64,000 nucleotides of DNA from a virus. The notes beneath the pieces were generated by a model that worked only from the letters and a program-made list of their open reading frames with translations, searched no databases and was not told where the DNA came from. The translations under genes and the position numbers were made by a program. Location of the stretch: the IMG/VR virus record IMGVR_UViG_3300022908_000002, positions 1 through 64,000 of that record; one strand, written 5' to 3'. How positions within the stretch are numbered: position 1 is the first letter of the stretch; each line of letters starts with the position of its first letter. Below are positions 9,162 through 14,786 of the stretch, one piece after another.

Positions 9162-9185
9162 TCCGGGAGCAACTGTGCTCCCGGA
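9162..9185 (+). other. intergenic stem-loop related to the hairpin at 8319
   Basis: tccgggagc-aactgt-gctcccgga, preceded by the same gtttggagtccgg context. No U-tract follows. Confidence 0.5.
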
Positions 9186-9206
9186 CGTCGTTGAGGGAGA
9201 GATTCG

Positions 9207-9851
9207 ATGACCAAAGAGACGCAGACATTTGACGCCGAGATGATCGAGCGCTTGATCATCCGGGAAGTTGTGAACATCCAGAACAGGAACACCTCGGTCG
9301 TACATGATCCGCATGTGCTGAGGGCCGCTGCGGAGACAGCCGTTGATGCACGGAGCGTTGATGTGGCCCGGATGCTCACAGGCATCCGCAAGGACGCCTC
9401 ACGTGAAGAGCTGATGTTCGAGATAGCCGAGCTGATCGACGAGAACGCTCGGCAGTACGAGTTGCTGGTCGAGTTCTATCAGGAAGCCGAGCGAGAGGAT
9501 GCCTATGCGCGCGCAGACGCGCAGATCAATGAAGGCGAGGACGACGATCCCACGTGCATCGAGTGTGGATGGCACCGCAGCGAACACGGTCATCAGGATC
9601 ACTCGTTCCAGCGGAGATTGACCGATGACGAATATGCCGCTGAGCAGCAGCGGTTTGTGATGGAAGCCGACATTGAGAACGGCAGCTATCCGTATGATCC
9701 CGACGAGGATGAAGCCGACGATGATGATCTCATGGGTATCTGCAAAGTTTGCGGAAAGGAAGGCGATATTGGAAGCGGCTACTGCGACGAGCACCATGTG
9801 TCGAATGAGGATGAACTGACGGCTCTACTGGAAAGCCTGAGCGCGAAGTGA
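9207..9851 (+). CDS. hypothetical zinc-binding protein
   Basis: 214 aa, preceded by GGGAGAGATTCG. Contains CIECGWHRSEHGH and CKVCGKEGDIGSGYCDEHH. Confidence 0.7.
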   Translation: MTKETQTFDAEMIERLIIREVVNIQNRNTSVVHDPHVLRAAAETAVDARSVDVARMLTGIRKDASREELMFEIAELIDENARQYELLVEFYQEAEREDAYARADAQINEGEDDDPTCIECGWHRSEHGHQDHSFQRRLTDDEYAAEQQRFVMEADIENGSYPYDPDEDEADDDDLMGICKVCGKEGDIGSGYCDEHHVSNEDELTALLESLSAK

Positions 9852-10180
9852 TCGTCATCCGGGAAGTCTGGAAGTCGGCGCAGGACAAGGATGCGAACGG
9901 CGAATGGATCTTCGGTGAGGAAGAACTCACCGATCCGATGTGCTTCCGAAACGCCGATAAGGAGTATGCCGATAGAGAAGTCGCCGAGACGATCAAGCAC
10001 ATCAAAGAGGATGGCCCTCTCCAAGTCACCGGAAGCTATGCGGCGCAGTTCGTGCGGATCGAAATGACCACGATCAGCTTTGCCGAGTGGAAGGAGAAAT
10101 ACAACAAATGGGATTACGGAGGAATGGTCGGGGTTATCGACTGGTGTGAAGAGCACGACTGGCACGGGGAAGAGGAATAG
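9848..10180 (+). CDS. hypothetical protein
   Basis: 110 aa. GTGA start/stop overlap with the upstream gene. Confidence 0.65.
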   Translation: MIVIREVWKSAQDKDANGEWIFGEEELTDPMCFRNADKEYADREVAETIKHIKEDGPLQVTGSYAAQFVRIEMTTISFAEWKEKYNKWDYGGMVGVIDWCEEHDWHGEEE

Positions 10181-10189
10181 CCGGATCAC

Positions 10190-10222
10190 GGACGGGAGCA
10201 TTGCTGTTCCCGTCCTTTTTTC
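10190..10222 (+). terminator. rho-independent terminator
   Basis: ggacgggagca-ttgc-tgttcccgtcc followed by a T6 run. Confidence 0.8.
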
Positions 10223-10237
10223 ATGTTCTGGCCGTCC

Positions 10238-10267
10238 TTGACAAGAGAGTGCGGCATATGTTATAAT
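10238..10267 (+). promoter_or_regulatory. early promoter P7 (TTGACA-18 nt-TATAAT)
   Basis: Spacer agagagtgcggcatatgt. Confidence 0.75.
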
Positions 10268-10324
10268 TGTAGTGAGCCCTGCAAGCGCAGGAACTCAGCC
10301 TCAGATCACGACGGGAGACACGTC

Positions 10325-10684
10325 ATGACCACAGCAGTTGTAACCGTTACTTATCAGACCGCACACGACGCAGGAAACGGAGGCTTGGACTTTGAGTGTT
10401 CCAAGATCACCGTGAAAGAACAAACCTACGATTATGCGCTCGACGCGAAAAAAGCGGCTCAAGTCTTCGGATCGAATCTCGGTCGATGGAACAACGCGAA
10501 CGACATCGCCGATGAGATGGACCCCGCGTTTGGAGAGTTGATCGCCGTCATCGGAGTCACCATCAGTTTCAACGAGACGACCGACGAGTTCGCCGCTGAG
10601 TACGGAGTTGCGCAGCCGCTCCAGTTCAGCGCCGAGCAGGAATTGGCAATTCAGGAGTTGGGCAAAGCATTCAACCTGATTTAG
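10325..10684 (+). CDS. hypothetical protein
   Basis: 119 aa from ATG 10325, preceded by GGGAGACACGTC. Confidence 0.7.
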   Translation: MTTAVVTVTYQTAHDAGNGGLDFECSKITVKEQTYDYALDAKKAAQVFGSNLGRWNNANDIADEMDPAFGELIAVIGVTISFNETTDEFAAEYGVAQPLQFSAEQELAIQELGKAFNLI

Positions 10685-10698
10685 CGAAACCGAATGTT

Positions 10699-10723
10699 GA
10701 GCGGGAGCAAACTGTTCCCGCTC
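10699..10723 (+). other. intergenic stem-loop
   Basis: gagcggga-gcaaactgt-tcccgctc. Confidence 0.45.
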
Positions 10724-10744
10724 TAATTGATGGGAGACACATCA

Positions 10745-11272
10745 ATGCCGTTGACACAGGAGCAATTCGACGCCAAGTTCGCTGGAGTCGAAATGACCGA
10801 CATAGAGCGGTCAAAAAAGATGCGGATGTATGGAATCAAGCCGCCAGTTGAGCGGGTTGTAGAACTGAGCGCAAGCGGACGGGTCGTCCGCAAGCGTGGA
10901 GTTGGAGCCGCTGGAATCGCACTTGTCCAAGCCGAGCAGGACGCGAGAGTGGATGCCGCTCCGAATCCCCCGAAATACTTCGGCGGACAGTTCCGTTTGA
11001 TGCCCGTGCCGGAATGTGGAGTGCTGGCCGTGTACATGAAGTACATCACGGCTGAGTATCCAACGCTGAAACTGAAAGCCGTCTGTGCGACGTGCCGCTG
11101 TGAACTCGCGCATGAAGACCCCGAGAACTACATCGGCAAAACGAAAGTGCTCGGAATTGCCAGCGATCACACGCGCAGCACTGTGAACCATGCCGTGTAT
11201 GTGCTCGACGAGAACACCGGAATGTATTTGTACAAGAGTCCATACCGGATTCTTGCAACCTGTAGCAAGTAA
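10745..11272 (+). CDS. hypothetical protein
   Basis: 175 aa from ATG 10745, preceded by GGGAGACACATCA. This is the last + strand gene before the island. Confidence 0.7.
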   Translation: MPLTQEQFDAKFAGVEMTDIERSKKMRMYGIKPPVERVVELSASGRVVRKRGVGAAGIALVQAEQDARVDAAPNPPKYFGGQFRLMPVPECGVLAVYMKYITAEYPTLKLKAVCATCRCELAHEDPENYIGKTKVLGIASDHTRSTVNHAVYVLDENTGMYLYKSPYRILATCSK

Positions 11273-12016
11273 ACCGGATCGAGACGGCAACTGAGGAAAT
11301 ACCAGAACGAGACGGCATCAGAAATGATGCCGCGTAGAACGAGATTGGTACGGGTAGCCGAGCCAAATGAAATCAGGATCAACCGGGCCAGTTATGGGAA
11401 CCGACCGAGCACAGAAATGGTTCGGTTCTGTATTCACCCAAGGCATAAGGCCCGAGGATACGGAACCGTCATCAAGCGGCAGGAAACGGTGGCCATGGGA
11501 AATGAGTACGTCGGTGTGCTGCTCAAAACGAGACGGCAGCAAAGGCAACCGAGGACTAACCGGCGTCAGAAATGCAGGGAACGCATGGAACCAACCGGAT
11601 GCGGGATCAGGTCCAACCGGCCCGAATAGCGCTCCCTGACCAGCGCTCCCCGGCAACAGAAAAAAGGCACGACAGGAAGGGAATCGCTCCAGCTCCCCCG
11701 AGAACGGCTGCGTACACCACACCTAGCCACGTCAAGGGAGCGCCACCCGCCAGCAGCAACGCAGGCAGCAACATAACCCCCAATAGCAGAAAAGGCATGT
11801 TCATCTCTAGAGGTAGATATATAAAGGCGAAGCAGCAGAGAAAGGCAGATAAGACAGATATAGGCACAGAACGCAACCAGAATGACGCTACCGCAATGAA
11901 GTGGGATGAAACGTATGGGAACGCATATCACGGGAAACATCGCATCAGCAACGCCAGTACAGCATGGGATCGGCATCAGGCAGAGGGCGGGGGAAGCCTT
12001 TACCTAACCTCCCCGC
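11273..12016 (+). other. ORF-less purine-rich (T about 12%) segment; candidate long non-coding or 3'-UTR RNA, or a cis-acting DNA element
   Basis: No ORF here has an RBS or protein-like sequence. CGAGACGGCA occurs 3 times (11280, 11308, 11529). CAGAAATG occurs 3 times (11319, 11412, 11567), at least once in a hairpin loop (ggcatc-agaaat-gatgcc). AACCGG occurs 5 times. Confidence 0.4.
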
Positions 12017-12117
12017 TTCATTCATGGCTAATTTATGCGTCCACGCAGCGATTGCAGGCTGCCCGCGCCGATAAATTGAGCCTGACCGTGCTCCCGAGCG
12101 CCAACCGGTTTTCGGCA

Positions 12118-12625
12118 CGCCAAGGTGCGCCGCGCCGCGCCTATAAGACTGTGTCGGCCTGTTGTACGGGACGGTTATGTGATCTTCTGGCTACGTGTGG
12201 GTGGTTACTCTCCCGACCGAGGCGGGCGGCGGTTCGCCTAGCCGCGCCGATTGTGCTGGCCGCAATTGCTGCGCTCGGCGCGGAACGGTTCGGTTTTCGG
12301 TGGACCCCGCGCAGGGTACACCGAACCGAGGCAAGAAGTCAAGGTGCGCCACCGTCCGGCGTGTTATTTTCGGGGATGGGAATGTCAAGCCGGGCCAAGG
12401 CGCGCCGATTGGGAATGAACCGGCCTGTGGTACGGGACGGGAACGGTATTCCTTGGCTAGGCCCGGCTGGTTACTTTCCCGGCAGGCGGCGGCGGTGGTA
12501 TGCCACGGCGGGCCGGGCGGGACGGCGGCGAGGCGGGCCGGGATTTTTTGGCGCGCCGAGCCGCGCCACGCGGGGCAGCCGGTGGCGGAGCCGGGCCGAG
12601 AATGAACCGGCCCGGCTTGTGCGCG
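12118..12625. repeat. GC-rich degenerate direct repeats (period about 285 bp, plus partial copies)
   Basis: gccaaggtgcgccg...cggcctgttgtacgggacgg...ggttactctcccg at 12118-12240 matches gccaaggcgcgccg...cggcctgtggtacgggacgg...ggttactttcccg at 12404-12520. A partial third copy (gaatgaaccggcc) lies at 12597. Confidence 0.6.
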
Positions 12626-12627
12626 AG

Positions 12628-12664
12628 AGAGAGACTCGCGCGCAACTCGCGCGCGAGTCTCTCT
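12628..12664. repeat. 16-bp perfect inverted repeat at the convergence point of the island
   Basis: agagagactcgcgcgc-aactc-gcgcgcgagtctctct, 8 nt beyond the stop of the minus-strand ORF 12672..12863. No U-tract on either strand. Confidence 0.7.
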
Positions 12665-12671
12665 TGCTCAA

Positions 12672-12863
12672 CTACTGCGAGAGCAACTCTAGTTGCTCTT
12701 CCAGTGTGTCGAGACGCTCAACGAACTCTTCTACGTCTCGCGTCATGTTTGCGAGTTGCTCTTGCTCGAACTCTGCGCACTCGCGCGCGTTATCTATCGC
12801 GCGTTGGAGTTGCTCACTCGCGCGATTAAGTCTCGCAATTGCGAGACTACTGTTAAGCGTCAT
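12672..12863 (-). CDS. hypothetical 63-aa coiled-coil protein
   Basis: MTLNSSLAIARLNRASEQLQRAIDNARECAEFEQEQLANMTRDVEEFVERLDTLEEQLELLSQ. Heptad-like and highly charged. Start taken at the ATG at 12863 (longest ORF extends to 12998). Confidence 0.5.
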   Translation of the reverse strand: MTLNSSLAIARLNRASEQLQRAIDNARECAEFEQEQLANMTRDVEEFVERLDTLEEQLELLSQ

Positions 12864-12889
12864 GTTGCTCTCTCTCTTCCAGTGTGAGT

Positions 12890-12917
12890 GAGAGAGCGCG
12901 CTATCGCGCGCTCTCTC
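12890..12917. repeat. 12-bp inverted repeat between the two minus-strand ORFs
   Basis: gagagagcgcgc-tatc-gcgcgctctctc. Confidence 0.6.
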
Positions 12918-12924
12918 TTGCTCT

Positions 12925-13674
12925 CTAACTCGCGCTCTGTTTCGCGAGTGCTTGTGCGAGTTGCTCTTGCAACTCTCTGATCGTCGCGTCTCGCTCACTC
13001 GCTAGCGCGAGTGCTTCTTGCTTCTCGCGCTCTGCGTTAGCGAGTTGCTCTGCGTTGATACGTACTGTCTCGCTCTTACTCCGTTTCGCATTTTCTGCGT
13101 CAGTCGCGTGAGACTCGACAATAAGTTGGATGTGATTGTTGAATCGCGTAATCACATTTTTGAGCGCTCTGCGTTGATCCGTTGGATACGTACTCGCATC
13201 GTCGCTCTTCTCTTCCAGTATTTCGCTCTTCTCTACTCCGTCCGAGAAGTAGTAGCGCACTGGAATCTTGCTACTCTTCCATGTTCCGAACTCCGTCCTT
13301 GTAAGTGTGAACTCGTGTCCGAACACGTAGTAACTCGCGACAGTCCTATCCGCGTTCCAGTCTCGCGAAAAGAGCGTTTCATTTCGCTCTCTCTCTGTGA
13401 GACTGTCGAGCGCTATTCGCACTACTGCGCTACGGAGTAACTCCGTCTCACTAGCGAGAGTGTTGATCGTCTCTGCGATCAACTCTTGCTCCGTGAGCGT
13501 CTCGCTCTCGCGTGTCTCGCTCTCGCTCAACTCGCTCACTGCGCTCTCGCTCACTGCGCTCTCGCTCTTGCTCTTGCTCGTCATTCTGTCGCTACTCTCT
13601 ACGCTCACTCCGTGAGCGCTCACACTCTCGCGCGCTCTCAATTGAGCGCGCGTCACATACACACTGCGACGCAC
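12925..13674 (-). CDS. hypothetical protein: Ser/Glu-rich N-terminus, central globular part, coiled-coil C-terminus
   Basis: 249 aa from a GTG start, or 219 aa from ATG 13584. Contains the tandem SESAV SESAV. The central segment WNADRTVASYYVFGHEFTLTRTEFGTWKSSKIPVRYYF looks protein-like. The coding strand is purine-rich, as in all other genes here. Confidence 0.6.
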   Translation of the reverse strand: MRRSVYVTRAQLRARESVSAHGVSVESSDRMTSKSKSESAVSESAVSELSESETRESETLTEQELIAETINTLASETELLRSAVVRIALDSLTERERNETLFSRDWNADRTVASYYVFGHEFTLTRTEFGTWKSSKIPVRYYFSDGVEKSEILEEKSDDASTYPTDQRRALKNVITRFNNHIQLIVESHATDAENAKRSKSETVRINAEQLANAEREKQEALALASERDATIRELQEQLAQALAKQSAS

Positions 13675-13783
13675 TGCGTCGCTCTCGCGTCTCTCATCCG
13701 TCTCCGATTCTCAATTACTGCGTGAGCGCTCTCGCGTCGCTCTGTTGATCGCACTAGTGATCGTCTCACTATCAACGCTCTCT

Positions 13784-13813
13784 TTTATAACGCATTGACT
13801 CTCGCTCTGTCAA
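13784..13813 (-). promoter_or_regulatory. minus-strand promoter of the island operon (TTGACA-18 nt-TATAAA)
   Basis: Reverse complement reads TTGACA gagcgagagtcaatgcgt TATAAA, the same 18-nt spacing as the 12 + strand promoters. It is embedded in the palindrome ATTGAC-9 nt-GTCAAT. Confidence 0.55.
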
Positions 13814-14073
13814 TGTGAGCGAGAGTCTCTCGCGTACGTATGTGAGCGTCTCGCTCTCGCTCAACTCCGTGAGCGCTCAACATATATGTGAGTTAGTTAG
13901 TACATTCATTGTAATTTTTTCAAATAATGCACCCTGACCCCCAACCTCGGGAAGAAAAAAGTCAGCAGAAACGGCACGCTCTAGCGAGTGCAGCGTCCCC
14001 GTGCAACGCAGCGAGTGAGCGCATCGCCCGCAAAAAATGAGAAAAAATAGCGTCAACTACCCAAATGGGGAGA

Positions 14074-14103
14074 TTGACAGCGAGATTGTTCCCAGCGTAA
14101 AAA
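14074..14103 (+). promoter_or_regulatory. candidate promoter (TTGACA-18 nt-TAAAAA)
   Basis: TTGACA at 14074-14079, spacer gcgagattgttcccagcg, TAAAAA at 14098-14103. The -10 element is weaker than in the other promoters. Confidence 0.4.
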
Positions 14104-14109
14104 ATTGAG

Positions 14110-14213
14110 CATGGGGTGGGGGCAGGGTGCTAGGGGCGTAGCGGGCACGCAGGCACATAGTTCCGCTACGAAAAGCGAAGTTGAGTAGGTGAGCGCGAAA
14201 TCGCGCTTTTTTG
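14110..14213 (+). ncRNA. candidate ~105-nt small RNA
   Basis: Promoter at 14074. Four G-tracts at 14113-14136 (ggggtgggggcagggtgctagggg). Hairpin cgtagcgg (14137-14144) / ccgctacg (14163-14170). Terminator at 14192-14212. No ORF. Confidence 0.35.
14191..14213 (+). terminator. rho-independent terminator (+ strand orientation)
   Basis: agcgcg-aaat-cgcgct followed by a T6 run. It abuts the stop codon of the convergent minus-strand gene. Confidence 0.65.
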
Positions 14214-14219
14214 TGCCTG

Positions 14220-14636
14220 TTATTTGATGAGTTTCAGTCCCATGCGTGCTCGACGTTCGTTCCACGTCTCTGCGCGGGAAATAAAATCGAGCGCTTTCTT
14301 GGCGTCTCTCTCGTTGCGGTTTCTGACGCGCAGAACGACGATGCCGCTCACTCTGAGGTTCTCGGAGTCACGGAAAGCGTCGTATCGCTTGTTGTGCTCG
14401 GGTCCATCGACTTCGACAGCGATCCCGAGCGTGTGGCACCAGAAATCGAAAATACGGAACCCTCGTTGACTCTGCCGACTCCATTTGACGTTGGTTTGAG
14501 ACAGTTTGTCCGCCATCCAGTGTTCATTGGGATTACGCAGGGATATTTCCAGATTTTGCTTCTGGCGCATCTTCATGTGCGCTGCCTGCTCCGCGTTCCA
14601 TGGGTAATTCATCGGCTTGTGTTTACGGTTCTTCAT
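14220..14636 (-). CDS. DUF559 / Vsr-like (restriction-endonuclease-fold) endonuclease
   Basis: 138 aa from ATG 14636 (longest ORF extends to 14714). FRIFDFWCHTLGIAVEVDGPEHNKRYDAFRDSENLRVSGIVVLRV matches the DUF559 pattern (R.DF...iEvDG..H....D..R...L...G..vlR). Confidence 0.65.
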   Translation of the reverse strand: MKNRKHKPMNYPWNAEQAAHMKMRQKQNLEISLRNPNEHWMADKLSQTNVKWSRQSQRGFRIFDFWCHTLGIAVEVDGPEHNKRYDAFRDSENLRVSGIVVLRVRNRNERDAKKALDFISRAETWNERRARMGLKLIK

Positions 14637-14716
14637 AGATGAAAAACTCCACTGTCTCAGCCCGGATAATGACGTAATTATACTGTAATTGACGTAGGTC
14701 ATCCTTTTGACCATAC

Positions 14717-14746
14717 TTGACGCGACTTGTCACCATGGATTATAAT
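14717..14746 (+). promoter_or_regulatory. early promoter P8 (TTGACG-18 nt-TATAAT)
   Basis: Spacer cgacttgtcaccatggat. It restarts + strand transcription directly after the island. Confidence 0.75.
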
Positions 14747-14786
14747 GATAATGACGATTTTGTCACGTAGTCAGGGAGAAAACGGT

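Noticed and set aside
11410-11432. ggttcggttc string resembling a tRNA T-arm, and a general search for tRNA genes in the ORF-less regions
   Set aside because: No matching T-stem complement, acceptor stem or anticodon arm lies around it. No cloverleaf could be built here or in 13900-14220.
11324-11629. 101-aa Arg-rich + strand ORF at the start of the island
   Set aside because: It has no Shine-Dalgarno sequence, a low-complexity basic sequence, and overlaps equally long ORFs in the other + frames. It is kept only as an alternative explanation within the non-coding-segment finding.
11566-11976. Minus-strand ORFs (136 aa, 89 aa, and 134 aa at 11318..11722) that look like membrane proteins
   Set aside because: Several overlapping frames are all hydrophobic because this strand is G/T-rich. 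There is no convincing RBS. The strand is the pyrimidine-rich (antisense-like) one. A small membrane protein starting at 11800 (MNMPFLLLG...) cannot be fully excluded.
12118-12625. Possible CRISPR-like array, considered because of the direct repeats
   Set aside because: The repeat units are over 100 bp, only about 70% identical and irregularly spaced. There are no short identical repeats with unique spacers and no cas genes.
11572-12891. 439-aa + strand ORF, the longest ORF in the island
   Set aside because: The translation is Arg/Gly/Pro/Ala-rich nonsense with no RBS. It spans three compositionally different segments and is antisense to a real-looking gene at its 3' end. Stop codons are simply rare because the strand is T-poor.
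14689-14718. Extra TTGAC boxes (14689, 14707) upstream of P8 as tandem promoters, and a minus-strand TATAAT (14677-14682) as the DUF559 promoter
   Set aside because: The -10 partners for the + strand boxes are poor or only 17-nt spaced (CATACT). The minus-strand TATAAT has no -35 partner. Support is insufficient without start-site data.
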